Shown: positions 18,326-28,076 of the stretch, piece by piece
Layout: every line of letters begins with the position of its first letter
Numbering within the stretch: position 1 is the first letter of the stretch
Virus record (IMG/VR): IMGVR_UViG_3300020171_000001
Location: 93,288-157,287 of that record
Length of the DNA stretch: 64,000 nt
Strand: one strand, 5' to 3'
From: a virus
The notes under the pieces: model-generated
Database searches by the model: none
Told to the model about the DNA's origin: nothing
What the model saw: the letters and a program-made list of their open reading frames with translations, nothing else
Translations under genes and position numbers: made by a program

Positions 18326-20098
18326 ATGGCCGACGACACCCGGGTGACTGTCCCTGCCGTCTACACGGATGAGATCCGCGCGTGGGATCCTGCCGAGGCC
18401 CTGCTGGTGGTCAATCGGATACCCGACGCTGGCGAGACCGGCGTGCCGTGGGATCCGGACATCCGGTTCCAGGTCGTGTGCACCACGGGTAGTCCACTGG
18501 CGGCCGATACGCAGGTCTGGGTTCTTCGCGGGTCCACGGGCACCACTGTTCTGGCCGTGGACATGGCCGCTGGCGGTGTCCAGCCCGGGTACTCGGGGTC
18601 AGCGGCCTACCGGCAGTCCGTGGGCTCCGCGGTCCTTGACGAACTCGACGTGGCCATTGCCCCGGATATTGCGTTCGAGTCCATGGAGGTCGTTGGGATC
18701 CGCATCACGGCGGCGATCGGCGGGCAACCGAGCGAGACCACGAACTACGAATTCACGGTAGCCGACTACAACCATCCGGAGATCACGGAGATCGTCTGGC
18801 TCTCGGCCACACGGGCTCTTGTCCGACTGGACGAGGTGGCCCACGATGATTCGCTGTACCTGCTCTACGCCAAAGGGAACGTCGATATCCAGGGATCCGG
18901 TCATGTAATCGTCCGCGGCGCTTCGGATGAGGCCACGAGTATCTCCGCGGGGATGGCTCTGGAGGTCCGCGGGTCTGGCGCCACCGTCAACAACATGAGC
19001 GGCTTTGTGATCACGGCCACCGGCTCAGGCAACAGCGGGGCCCCGGGCTACCTCGATCTGGCCGGCGACGAGAGCAATACCGTGGAAGACACTGGCGTGG
19101 ATCGGGATAGCCAGGGGATCATTGAGGACCAGCGGGACCTCCGGTGCTCCATTGCCCGTATCGTTTTGACGGCCCGTCTGTCCAGCGAAGGGGCAACTGC
19201 AGAGAGCTACGCGGCGGAGCGCATACAGACCAGCTACGTCCCGCTGGTTCGGCAGATCTCGAAGGTTGCCTCAGAAGACCTCGCTGAGGGCCTCGCCTAC
19301 GGACAATGGCTCTACGTGGACTTCGATGAGCCCCTGTCCTTGGGACGGCTCTACACGCTAGCCTGGACCCTCGGGGACACACTGGGCAACTGGGGCGAGT
19401 CAACGTACATGTTCCAGATGCCACGGTTCGGTGTGGAGGAGGGCATCGATTTTTGGGCAAACGGCATCCAGTCTTCGCGGGACAAGGAAGCCGACCTTCG
19501 GGAGGGCACAGGGGCGCTTCGCCGCCTGTCTGTCATCTTGGGGGATGCGCTCTTGCTCCAGCGCTACTACGCGCAGCAGATGGTCCACCTGGACGACGCC
19601 GGTAAGTGCCCGGATGCCTGGGTCCCCTTCCTGCTCTACGACCGTGGAAACCCGTTCACGTTTGCCACGCAGTCTCTCCGGCTGGGCCGGCGCGTGGCCG
19701 AGTTCCTTCCCGATCTCCTTCGGGCCAAGGGGACAGCGGGGGCCATCGAAGTCTTCATTGCCCGCGTTCTCGGGATCCAGGGGTCCGCTGTGGCCTACTG
19801 GACGGCCGACAATTGGGTTCTGGGGAGCCCTGTCTTGGGTCGCCTGGGGCACACCACAGTGCTGTGCCCGTCGACGGCCTATGAGCGCAACTGCTGGGTG
19901 TTCTACAGCGCGCGTGACGTGACGGACGCAGAGGAGTCTATCATAGTTGAGATCTGCCGCTGGGCAGACCCCTTCAATTTGCACTTCCTGGGGGTCATTG
20001 AGCCCTCTGATGTTCAGGATGGCTCCCTGGTCCCCGGCGGCGGCTACTGGGTCCTGGGGACATCGGTGCTGGGCAGTAGTACAATCCTGTCGCCCTGA
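18326..20098 (+). CDS. Ig-like domain plus P2 gpI-like baseplate protein
   Basis: C-terminal LDDAGKCPDAWVPFLLYDRG...LLRAKGTAGAIE is the gpI/tail_P2_I signature; N-terminal P..GETGVP Ig-like motif. Confidence 0.75.
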   Translation: MADDTRVTVPAVYTDEIRAWDPAEALLVVNRIPDAGETGVPWDPDIRFQVVCTTGSPLAADTQVWVLRGSTGTTVLAVDMAAGGVQPGYSGSAAYRQSVGSAVLDELDVAIAPDIAFESMEVVGIRITAAIGGQPSETTNYEFTVADYNHPEITEIVWLSATRALVRLDEVAHDDSLYLLYAKGNVDIQGSGHVIVRGASDEATSISAGMALEVRGSGATVNNMSGFVITATGSGNSGAPGYLDLAGDESNTVEDTGVDRDSQGIIEDQRDLRCSIARIVLTARLSSEGATAESYAAERIQTSYVPLVRQISKVASEDLAEGLAYGQWLYVDFDEPLSLGRLYTLAWTLGDTLGNWGESTYMFQMPRFGVEEGIDFWANGIQSSRDKEADLREGTGALRRLSVILGDALLLQRYYAQQMVHLDDAGKCPDAWVPFLLYDRGNPFTFATQSLRLGRRVAEFLPDLLRAKGTAGAIEVFIARVLGIQGSAVAYWTADNWVLGSPVLGRLGHTTVLCPSTAYERNCWVFYSARDVTDAEESIIVEICRWADPFNLHFLGVIEPSDVQDGSLVPGGGYWVLGTSVLGSSTILSP

Positions 20099-20120
20099 AA
20101 AGACGGGCTCGAGGTAGCAG

Positions 20121-21953
20121 ATGGACCGATTCGATTTCTACGCAGGGCAGATAGTCACACAGGCCGACCTCGATCAAGCCTTTACCGACTGTGAGGTGTC
20201 CGAGGGGCACCTTGCCACAGACGGCGGTATGATTCAGGTCGACTCGGGCGCATCACCTGGGCCCACGGCCCTCGGCGGCATCCTGTCTGGGCTGGTGATC
20301 AGCGCGTCCGCTGGCGTGGACAAAGCCACTATCACGGCAGGCGTCGCACGCGACGAGACAGGGCGCCGTATCACGCTTCCGTCGGGGGCCACGGTGTCAC
20401 TGACCAAGGCCGGCGCCACGGACGAGGGTGACATCGTGGATGCTCTGCCGGCCTCCGGCGCGAGCATCGCGGCCTCGTGCCCGATCGGGCGGCAGATCGT
20501 GGCATCGCTGTTCATCGTGGCCGACGAGCACCTGTCGCTTCTGGAGCAGGACGAGACCGAAACCTGGGTCTACACTCGGCGGGAGGACTCGTTTCACTTC
20601 ACCGTCGAGATCGGCACGTCCTTCGACCCCGCAGCGGTACCGGATCCGATCGTCGTGTCGGCTCTGGCCAACGGCAAGGTCCTCCTCGCCGACATCCTGC
20701 TGACCAACAACGCAGGAACCATGGTGGCCATAGCCGGGGGCGTCTGCACGTGCGACCGCGATTGGGACCTCCTCGGCGGCAACTACGCCAAGGCGAACGG
20801 GCGGCGCAGCGATGCCATCGCTTTTGAAGGTTCCAATGCCGACTTCCCGCAGCTCGGCTCCGTCAACTACCTGCGAGCGCCCACCGTGCGCAAGGCCCTC
20901 TACGACATGATGGCCATGCTACAGGACAACGCCTCCGGCTTCCCAGGGGCCTACAACGTGGGTGCCATCGCCGAGACCGGCGCCGGCCTGCTCCACGAAG
21001 CCATCGTGGCCAAGACGCTTACCAAGGGCAATGTCTCCGTCCAGCTCCTGGAACTGCTCAACGCCGTCAACACCAAGCTGTCCCGCGGTGGAGACACTAT
21101 CCAGCCCCAGGCGGGTGTAGACGGCCTCGTGCTGGATCCCTCGGTGATGACGGACACGCAAGCCCTCTTGAGCATCCTGTCTCTGAGCAATGCCGGAGCT
21201 GCACCGTTTCTACGTGTCAGTGGCTCTCGCGGCCACCTGTGTTTGCCGCACCCACTGTATGAGGATTTCAACTGGATCGGGCCCGCCGCCGGTTCTCTGA
21301 CGTTCTCTGGAGAAACTGACGAGTGGGGCACCACGGTAATCGGCGGTGGTGGTTCCATCGGCTTGCAAACCAGTGTCCCAGGCGGAGTTCTTATCTTTGT
21401 CACAAGCGGTGGGGCCAACGACGGTATAACCCTGGCCTCGGGCTACAACACAGCGACGGGGGTCTCCCACGGGCGCTGGAACTGCGGCGCTGCGCCTTGG
21501 GCCATCTTCGGAATCCGATTCCGCATTCCGGCTATCGGGTCCATGAATGACCTCAAGCTCAACTTCGGATTGTCTACTTTCGGCGGGAGTAGCTCTGCCA
21601 GTCTACTGTACAACGACGACACGGCAGGCGGCACGCCCAACAAGAACTTGTACATTGTCTGCGCGGACAGCATCGGGGGCAGCGGCGCAGCGCCCCTCGG
21701 AGAGCTATCCCAGGACACCTGGTACACGGCGCGTATCGCTGTGCTAGGGGACACCTCTGTGGTGGGGCAACTCGCAGAAGAGGGGGCAATGCCTGGCCCC
21801 GAGGTCTTCGCCCCGCCCCCCGGGGGTACCATGGCGGATAGCCACTATTCGGCTGTAGCAGGTATCATCGGAACCACAGGCGTGGCTGCACGGACACTGG
21901 AGGTAGACTGGATCTATGCTGCCGATGGCTACCTGCCACCGGACATGAGGTAA
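20121..21953 (+). CDS. putative tail fibre / receptor-binding protein
   Basis: MDRFDFYAGQIVTQADL...GILSGL...ITAGVARDETGRRI baseplate-anchor-type N-terminus; Gly/Thr-rich beta-type C-terminus. Confidence 0.7.
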   Translation: MDRFDFYAGQIVTQADLDQAFTDCEVSEGHLATDGGMIQVDSGASPGPTALGGILSGLVISASAGVDKATITAGVARDETGRRITLPSGATVSLTKAGATDEGDIVDALPASGASIAASCPIGRQIVASLFIVADEHLSLLEQDETETWVYTRREDSFHFTVEIGTSFDPAAVPDPIVVSALANGKVLLADILLTNNAGTMVAIAGGVCTCDRDWDLLGGNYAKANGRRSDAIAFEGSNADFPQLGSVNYLRAPTVRKALYDMMAMLQDNASGFPGAYNVGAIAETGAGLLHEAIVAKTLTKGNVSVQLLELLNAVNTKLSRGGDTIQPQAGVDGLVLDPSVMTDTQALLSILSLSNAGAAPFLRVSGSRGHLCLPHPLYEDFNWIGPAAGSLTFSGETDEWGTTVIGGGGSIGLQTSVPGGVLIFVTSGGANDGITLASGYNTATGVSHGRWNCGAAPWAIFGIRFRIPAIGSMNDLKLNFGLSTFGGSSSASLLYNDDTAGGTPNKNLYIVCADSIGGSGAAPLGELSQDTWYTARIAVLGDTSVVGQLAEEGAMPGPEVFAPPPGGTMADSHYSAVAGIIGTTGVAARTLEVDWIYAADGYLPPDMR

Positions 21954-21957
21954 CGCC

Positions 21958-22236
21958 ATGCCACTGATTGATTGTCGAGTGAGCGTGAAGGAACAGACCC
22001 TGGAGACCCTCCAGGGACTCCGCCAGGGCCCGCGAACGCGCATGAAGTTGGCCTACAAGGACCGGCCGGATCTCACCTTCATCGTCCAGGGAGACCTCCC
22101 GAGCCAGTGCCAGCGTGCCGCGCAGGATGCTGCCCGGCAGCGCTTCGGCCACACGCATGACATCCTGTCCGTGAACATCACTGATGCGCGGGGCCGCGCG
22201 GTTGCCGTGGTCATCAAGCCCCGCGTCGTGGGATAG
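21958..22236 (+). CDS. small hypothetical protein
   Basis: 92 aa with GAGG RBS after the fibre gene. Confidence 0.55.
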   Translation: MPLIDCRVSVKEQTLETLQGLRQGPRTRMKLAYKDRPDLTFIVQGDLPSQCQRAAQDAARQRFGHTHDILSVNITDARGRAVAVVIKPRVVG

Positions 22237-22243
22237 CGGTCCC

Positions 22244-22765
22244 GTGTCCTACGCCTACGCAGCTCTCAAGGTTGCGCTGCAGGCCGCTGCCGACATCCTG
22301 GGGCGTGCAGCGCAGGTTGCTCTTGGGTCTCCCGACGAGGTCGAGTACCCGACGTATGGCCTGTCCCGCGCTACCCGGGACACGGGGCAGATGTGGGCTA
22401 CTGGTGAGTCCCCAGTAGACCTGGTCTTGCAGGGGCTAGGGGCCGAGTTCGACCGGGCGGCCGTGGCCTGGGCCATGGTGAAGACCCAGGCGGCGGGGGT
22501 GCCGCCCACGATTTCGGCACAAAGTCGAATAGCCAACGTGTCCAAGGACGAGGTCAACGACCAGATCACGGTGACGTTCGCTGTCCCGTTTCTTTCCTCA
22601 GAAGGGATCGTCCCTTGGGCCTTCCCCAGCATCGTCGCCGGGTGCCCTCGGCTTGTCGGCATCAATACAGGCCAGATGACCCTCGAGTTCATCGACCCGG
22701 TCACCGGCCTCAAGCTCGGGATCAACAGCCGGAACATCCGGTTGTTTGCCATCGGCGCTGTCTGA
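22244..22765 (+). CDS. tail-fibre-associated protein
   Basis: AVAWAMV...ISAQSRIANVSK...ITVTFAVPF resembles a common fibre C-terminal domain; last + strand gene of the operon. Confidence 0.5.
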   Translation: MSYAYAALKVALQAAADILGRAAQVALGSPDEVEYPTYGLSRATRDTGQMWATGESPVDLVLQGLGAEFDRAAVAWAMVKTQAAGVPPTISAQSRIANVSKDEVNDQITVTFAVPFLSSEGIVPWAFPSIVAGCPRLVGINTGQMTLEFIDPVTGLKLGINSRNIRLFAIGAV

Positions 22766-23227
22766 CCTCGGAGTGCTCTCCGGGGCCCAGGTCAGTTCTG
22801 GGTCCCCGGCGCCACGAACCAGAGCAACGAGCTGCCGTTTGCCCCCCGGCCCCGCCGGGCCCAGCACCACGACGCGCGTCATGGCCACCCAGGCCGTCAA
22901 GATCGGCGGCTCGTCGAATGGCAGGAGCTGGCACAGCGGCGCAGCCTGCGCAAGGGCCTGCGACAGGCCCGGGTGGACGGCAAGACGCAGGTCCCGGTGC
23001 AAGAGACCGAGGAGTTCAAGACGTCGCCAGAGCATGTGGACCCACGCCGTGCCCATGACCAGGGCCTCGGGCGTCTGGATGACCAAGGTCCCATGGGGTA
23101 TACGGAGCACGATGCCCAGGTGAGACTGGTCGCCCACAGCTGATACCTCCCTGAGGCCGCAGGGGAGCTCCAGGGCGCCGAAGTCTTCTGGCGGGGCTCC
23201 AGTATGCTCTATGGGCATGGACGGCAC
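22598..23227 (-). CDS. hypothetical protein
   Basis: 209-aa ORF; 3' end overlaps the convergent tail gene. Confidence 0.45.
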   Translation of the reverse strand: MPSMPIEHTGAPPEDFGALELPCGLREVSAVGDQSHLGIVLRIPHGTLVIQTPEALVMGTAWVHMLWRRLELLGLLHRDLRLAVHPGLSQALAQAAPLCQLLPFDEPPILTAWVAMTRVVVLGPAGPGGKRQLVALVRGAGDPELTWAPESTPRSDSADGKQPDVPAVDPELEAGDRVDELEGHLACIDADKPRAPGDDAGEGPRDDPF

Positions 23228-23634
23228 TTCCAGGCCACGTAGCGCGCTACCAGCGATACAAGCGGCTCAGGCTTCGATGTGCTTCGGAAGGACAGCGCGT
23301 CCCACGGGTACCGCAGGGGGTAGACCTCGCTGAAGCCCGCCTGGTGGCCCATCATCTCTTGGAGCAGACTCAGGCCGTTGGCCCCTTGCGCTACAGCTAC
23401 GTTGAACATACCGAACACGAGCTTGGTACCGGCCAGCGGGTCATGGTTGCCCACGACGCCTGCCCGGTGCTCGCAATCGCCGTGCAGGGTGATATGGCAG
23501 GGGGCGCCTTCTTTGGTTGCGTAGACCACTCGGATGTTCCACCGACGGTCCAGATCGTCTTGCACCGCAAAAGAGCCCACGGTGGTCTGCACAGAATCAA
23601 GCTCAGGCATGGCCCCTGGACGCAGCTCGGACAT
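23209..23634 (-). CDS. hypothetical protein
   Basis: 141-aa ORF downstream of the promoter at 23714-23742. Confidence 0.5.
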   Translation of the reverse strand: MSELRPGAMPELDSVQTTVGSFAVQDDLDRRWNIRVVYATKEGAPCHITLHGDCEHRAGVVGNHDPLAGTKLVFGMFNVAVAQGANGLSLLQEMMGHQAGFSEVYPLRYPWDALSFRSTSKPEPLVSLVARYVAWKCRPCP

Positions 23635-23713
23635 TCAGGGCCTGGAGGGCACCGGGTCCCGTTGGGGAGCTGGACAATGGCAGAGCTGCTGAAGCCAGTG
23701 AGCAGCAACCTGC

Positions 23714-23742
23714 AGTGTCTGCTGGGGGGCCCGACCTGTCAA
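23714..23742 (-). promoter_or_regulatory. sigma70-like promoter TTGACA-N17-GACACT
   Basis: Consensus -35, 17-bp spacer, intergenic. Confidence 0.5.
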
Positions 23743-23744
23743 GT

Positions 23745-24455
23745 TCAAAGGGACCGGCGGTGAATGTCCAGGAAGGGATCCGGGGGGGACACTGCGTGGA
23801 TACGCGTGGCAAGGTCTTGGACGGTTTGCTCCCGGATCTCCGGTGTGTCCCGGTTGGCGCTCCAGGGAACGTCCAGGATCGCTACGCCTTGGCGGCGTAG
23901 GACATCGACCATGAAGTCGATCTCACGGTCCAGGGCCTGTAGGTATTCCAGGGAGACGGCAGACTCGCAGGCTCGACCGGTCTGCTTCTCCATGCGGGAG
24001 ATGATGCGCTCCCGGCAGACCACGGGGGAGGACAGGATCCGGATGCACACGGTGGGCAGCAGCACCATGGTGGTCATGGCCTTGTAAATCGCTTGGTATG
24101 TATCGAACTCCCGCGCCGAGAGCGTGTCCATGGCAAGCTGCAAACGTGCAAAACACGTATCCCCGTAGAAGCTACGGTCGATGAGCGCGAGCCCGTAGCC
24201 CTGCAGTGCATGCCACTGCGCGTGGAGGTGCATGCGGAGCCGGAGTCCGAGCAGGTGAATCTGCATGGTCATGGCCCACCGCTGTGGGTCTGCGTAGAAG
24301 TCCGCCAAGTACGGATTGGCGTTGTTTTGCTCATCTGGCTCTTGGAGCACCAGCGTCTTTGGCCCCAGAGCCTGCCCCAGCTCGGCAACCAGTGTGCTCT
24401 TCCCGCTGCTGATCAGGCCTTCGACGACGATGACCTTGCTACTCCCGATGTGCAT
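23745..24455 (-). CDS. deoxynucleoside kinase (dNK family)
   Basis: VVEGLISSGKST P-loop, EP, YLADFYADPQRWA..MQ, DRSFYGD..FA; GGAGG RBS at 24455. Confidence 0.9.
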   Translation of the reverse strand: MHIGSSKVIVVEGLISSGKSTLVAELGQALGPKTLVLQEPDEQNNANPYLADFYADPQRWAMTMQIHLLGLRLRMHLHAQWHALQGYGLALIDRSFYGDTCFARLQLAMDTLSAREFDTYQAIYKAMTTMVLLPTVCIRILSSPVVCRERIISRMEKQTGRACESAVSLEYLQALDREIDFMVDVLRRQGVAILDVPWSANRDTPEIREQTVQDLATRIHAVSPPDPFLDIHRRSL

Positions 24456-24474
24456 GAGGACCTCCGCTTCCGTT

Positions 24475-26712
24475 TCATTTTGCTTCGTACAGTGATTTCC
24501 CGGTGCTGGGCTCTGCATCGAGGTAGATAGTGCCATAGGCCGTTTCCATGGGCGTGTTGCCGAAGTGCTTCATGAAGACCCTGGCCACGTCCTCGGCATC
24601 GTTCTCCCTCGCTAGGAAGACGGCTTGGTCGTGCCCGTGGAAGATGCAGTGCGCAGAGTTTCCTGGTCTCGCGTCGAGTTCCCACTGCGTCTGGCACATC
24701 TCGGAGGTCACGATCTCCGCGCCTCGGCACTGGATCCTCCAATTCGCAAACTCTGTGACAGGCGGGGGCATGACCGGCGAGTACCTCCGGCGACCGAAGG
24801 GTGGGATCTCCATGAAGCCTTGGCGCTTGACCAGGTCGATCTCTTGCTCGTGCTTCTCGTAGATCTCGTGGAAGAGCCCATGGAAGAGCCCTCGGTGGAT
24901 CTCTCGGACGAGATCCAGGGTCATCATCCGGCGGAGTTCCATGTCAACACGCTTGTTTTCTCGACTGGTACGCCAGATCTTCTCCGGGCCTCCAAGATAG
25001 AAGCCGCAGAACTCCACGTTCTTGGTGACCTTGCGGATTTTGTCTCGCTCCTCCGGCGTCTTCCGCTCCCAGTAGTCCCTGCCAAAGACGTTGACCGCCG
25101 CGAACGTGTGCGGGTCGACCTTCCGGCAGAAGTAGCTCGCTGGTTCCACTTTGCCCTGGATGACCTCGATGAGGGCTTTGCAGTCGGCTGCCCCTGCGTT
25201 CAACCGGAGTTCCAGATTGTTCTTGTCGCTGCCGACCAGGCACCAGCCGGGGGGCGCTTCGAAGAACTTCCTGTCGTCTTCTCGCTGATTTGCGACGTTG
25301 GGAGAACTTGTGAATCGGATGCCCTTCTGGTCAAACGGTTTCCACTTGGTGTACAGGACACGGTGCTCGCCAGTCCCCACGATGGCCGCTGCGTAGGCCC
25401 CGCACACGCGGTTGGTGACGACCTGCATCAGATCTTCAGTCAGGTCCTCCGGGCCGAAGTCCACGTGGTCGATTGGGTTGTTGTTGCGGTCGACGATGTT
25501 GAACGTGCCAAGGTCCGCGAGGCTGCCGCCGGCCTCTTCGACCTTCTTCCGTTCTTCGTCTGGGTCATCCTGGTAGCATGTTGCGTAGGCCTTGCTCTCC
25601 TCATCGAGAGCAACCAACATGGCCACGAACGGGTGCTCGATGTGATCGATGATCGCACGATAGCCTGTGGAGGGATCACCCCGGGCTTTGGTCGTTGCCG
25701 TGGGCACAAGCCCCAGGTTCCAGGGCGCCTGGGCGTACTTGGCGCCGAACAGTGCTTCCTGCTTGTCCGCGGGCTTGCGTGGTGAAAAGTCGGGCCAATC
25801 GAGCCATTCCCGCATGCGCTTGCGCAGGGCCAGCATGAACTTGAGCTTTTCCACGCCCATGGCCCGGCGCTTGACCATGTTGACTGGGATCCCAGTATTC
25901 TCCATGGTCCTGGCCAACTCAGCATAGCTGTTCTGCCAGAAGATGAGTTCGTCGGACATGCCCCGGGCATGGATGTGCTCCGTCAGTCTGGGCACGAGCT
26001 GCACCGTGTAGAGCGCGTCCTTGGCATTGTAGATGAGGAGCTTCCAAGGGTTATGGATTTTGACGCCGAAGCCCTCGTTGGACTTGTACTCCAGCTTCCA
26101 CGGGCCAACCTGCAGATAGGTGTGGCCCATGAATCCGAGGTCATGCGGGATATCCGGTTGGACCAGGTGGTGCAGGCCCATGGTGTCGCAGATTGGCCCG
26201 CGGACCCGGAGACCCTTGCGGTCGAGGACGCCCATGTCGAAGGGTGCGTTCTGGAAGATCTTGGTGATCTGCTCATCGGTCAAGATCTGGCGGAGCAGGA
26301 CCAAGAGCTCGAGTTCCAGGGCCTCGGGTAGCAGTCGGAGGTCGAGCAGAGGGAACGCCACGGCGACGTTATTCGGAGCGCCCTCCGCGATAGCAATGGA
26401 GTGGAGCCTGCATTTGGCATAGTCAAGGGACGTGGATTCCACGTCCACGGCAAGCGCAGGTTTGGCTTGCAGCCAGTAGCGCATCCAGGACTTCGCCGTC
26501 TCGAAGTACGTCATGAAGTCCACGGGGCCCCCCGGGAGCAGGCAGACCAAGTGCTCCTCGTGCTGACGTCCGTGCTCTGACATCTCGTATGCCTTGAGAT
26601 AGTCCATCCGGATGCAGTCTGTGATGGGCTTGATTCCCCGGATGTCTCCGTGCTTGGATTCTGCCGCGGCATGGAAGAAGGACGCGAGGTGGACCGTTGG
26701 AACGACGAGCAT
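24475..26712 (-). CDS. family A DNA polymerase with 3'-5' exonuclease and N-terminal UDG C-terminal fragment
   Basis: Exo I DVES, Exo II QNAPFD, Exo III YNAKD; motif A DKNNLELR, B RKVTKNVEFCGFY, C HDQ; ATG 26712 overlaps the upstream TGA. Confidence 0.92.
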   Translation of the reverse strand: MLVVPTVHLASFFHAAAESKHGDIRGIKPITDCIRMDYLKAYEMSEHGRQHEEHLVCLLPGGPVDFMTYFETAKSWMRYWLQAKPALAVDVESTSLDYAKCRLHSIAIAEGAPNNVAVAFPLLDLRLLPEALELELLVLLRQILTDEQITKIFQNAPFDMGVLDRKGLRVRGPICDTMGLHHLVQPDIPHDLGFMGHTYLQVGPWKLEYKSNEGFGVKIHNPWKLLIYNAKDALYTVQLVPRLTEHIHARGMSDELIFWQNSYAELARTMENTGIPVNMVKRRAMGVEKLKFMLALRKRMREWLDWPDFSPRKPADKQEALFGAKYAQAPWNLGLVPTATTKARGDPSTGYRAIIDHIEHPFVAMLVALDEESKAYATCYQDDPDEERKKVEEAGGSLADLGTFNIVDRNNNPIDHVDFGPEDLTEDLMQVVTNRVCGAYAAAIVGTGEHRVLYTKWKPFDQKGIRFTSSPNVANQREDDRKFFEAPPGWCLVGSDKNNLELRLNAGAADCKALIEVIQGKVEPASYFCRKVDPHTFAAVNVFGRDYWERKTPEERDKIRKVTKNVEFCGFYLGGPEKIWRTSRENKRVDMELRRMMTLDLVREIHRGLFHGLFHEIYEKHEQEIDLVKRQGFMEIPPFGRRRYSPVMPPPVTEFANWRIQCRGAEIVTSEMCQTQWELDARPGNSAHCIFHGHDQAVFLARENDAEDVARVFMKHFGNTPMETAYGTIYLDAEPSTGKSLYEAK

Positions 26713-26927
26713 CAGACACCTGTTCCCGACTCGAGTACCTCGACGGCACGCCGAGCCAACGTGTAGGACCTGAAGCGCTTCAAGCACACCAATGAATGCC
26801 TCCCGTGGGCCCGCAGATGGATAACCCAGCCCCCGCCGGGCTCACGGTCGCAGACTAGGCGGCAGCTGCCATCGGCCAGCGTCTCACGCAAGGCCCGACT
26901 GTCAAAGAGCATGTCCATCGTGTCCAT
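26712..26927 (-). CDS. small hypothetical protein
   Basis: MDTMDMLFD...ESGTGV; TGATG-coupled to the polymerase. Confidence 0.5.
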   Translation of the reverse strand: MDTMDMLFDSRALRETLADGSCRLVCDREPGGGWVIHLRAHGRHSLVCLKRFRSYTLARRAVEVLESGTGV

Positions 26928-27276
26928 TGGGTATGCTTCCTGTGTAGGCTGCGGTCTGCCCAAAGCGCCGTGGGCGCGAGCATCTTCGGGCATCTTCGCA
27001 GGTCTTCGACCGGAGGATGCACTGGACCCCCAGGGGGATGCCAAAGGCTTCGGTCTTCTCGCACCAGGTAGAACATGGCGTGCCGTCTGCGAGAACTCCG
27101 CCTTCTGCGCAACCGAGGCTTTGCAGGTGCTGGCACATCATCGCGCATCCTCCGGTTTGGGACCTGGGCACGACCTCTGTATCTGGTGGGCTTGGCAGGC
27201 ACCCCGCAGAGAGCACGGCGAGAACGCCAGCGAGAGCACCAGCGAGGGCCCCTGCGGCCCCTGCGTGCGCGGCCAT
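26902..27276 (-). CDS. Cys-rich lipoprotein
   Basis: Hydrophobic signal ending in lipobox LSAG-C, eight further Cys; coupled to the peptidase gene. Confidence 0.7.
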   Translation of the reverse strand: MAAHAGAAGALAGALAGVLAVLSAGCLPSPPDTEVVPRSQTGGCAMMCQHLQSLGCAEGGVLADGTPCSTWCEKTEAFGIPLGVQCILRSKTCEDARRCSRPRRFGQTAAYTGSIPNGHDGHAL

Positions 27277-28076
27277 CAACGGCTCCACGCCGGGGCATTG
27301 GACACGACCCAGAAGCCGTGCGAGGGGCCATCCGCGATGATACCCGGAGAGAGATAGCCAAAGCCCCGGTACCCCCAGGCACTGCCGAACCAGTTCTCCA
27401 CGATGAACGCGTGCTGCGACATGTCGTAACCCACGATGACCATGGCGTGGAAGAAATCGGGCTTGTCCACATGCCCGTCTAATCGGCCATGGCGTAGTGG
27501 GTTGAGCATGCTGTAGGCAATCCACGCGTTGCGCATACCGCAGGAGAAAACCACTGGGAGACCGGCCTGGAGCGCCGCGTGAACCGCGGCCACACGGGCT
27601 GCCCCGGTCTTTCGTATGGGCCGAGCGAAGCCCGGGGCCGTGTGAACAAAAGCCCGCTGCAGGACGGCAAGGCTCGGTTCCTCGTGAATGGCCTGAAGAC
27701 GCCAAGGCCAATCGGATTCTGCAGGCACACCGAGTTGCTCGACCACAGACACTGCAGACTCGAGAGAGACGGCAATGTTCCGCCAGGGGTCAGCCGGCGC
27801 GTAGACCTGCCGGGCCACAGTCCAGAGGAACAGCGGAGATGGATTCTCCCAGGCCTCCCCCGCCCGGTGTATCTTGGCCCAGACCTGCATGGCTCGGCAA
27901 AAGGCAAAAGCGACGCATGCCTTGGTGCTCCACTGCTGAATCCGGTCAGGCCCGCAGTGCGCCCGGAAGTCTACCGGGCGTGGATCGATCTCCGGCAGGT
28001 ATGCTTGGCGATCGATGAAGACGCCCATGCGGTCCGGTGCAACAGTGCTCTCCAGCGTAGCTGGCGGCGCGGGCAT
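27276..28076 (-). CDS. papain-like (C1) cysteine peptidase
   Basis: VDFR...Q-WSTKA-C-VAFA, HAMVIVGYD, ENWFGSAWGYRGFGY give Gln, Cys, His, Asn catalytic residues. Confidence 0.88.
   Translation of the reverse strand: MPAPPATLESTVAPDRMGVFIDRQAYLPEIDPRPVDFRAHCGPDRIQQWSTKACVAFAFCRAMQVWAKIHRAGEAWENPSPLFLWTVARQVYAPADPWRNIAVSLESAVSVVEQLGVPAESDWPWRLQAIHEEPSLAVLQRAFVHTAPGFARPIRKTGAARVAAVHAALQAGLPVVFSCGMRNAWIAYSMLNPLRHGRLDGHVDKPDFFHAMVIVGYDMSQHAFIVENWFGSAWGYRGFGYLSPGIIADGPSHGFWVVSNAPAWSR

Noticed and set aside
1-22765. Extracellular contractile injection system or tailocin interpretation
   Set aside because: Terminase, DNA polymerase, helicases and a long tape measure in the same contig indicate a phage
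20121-22765. Diversity-generating retroelement or invertible fibre cassette
   Set aside because: No reverse transcriptase, template/variable repeat pair or invertase seen
26713-26787. Longer ORF-track starts (PolA 26787, AAA 34660, UvrD 41946, chaperone 4786, dNK 24536)
   Set aside because: Downstream ATGs with stop-start coupling or strong RBS fit better
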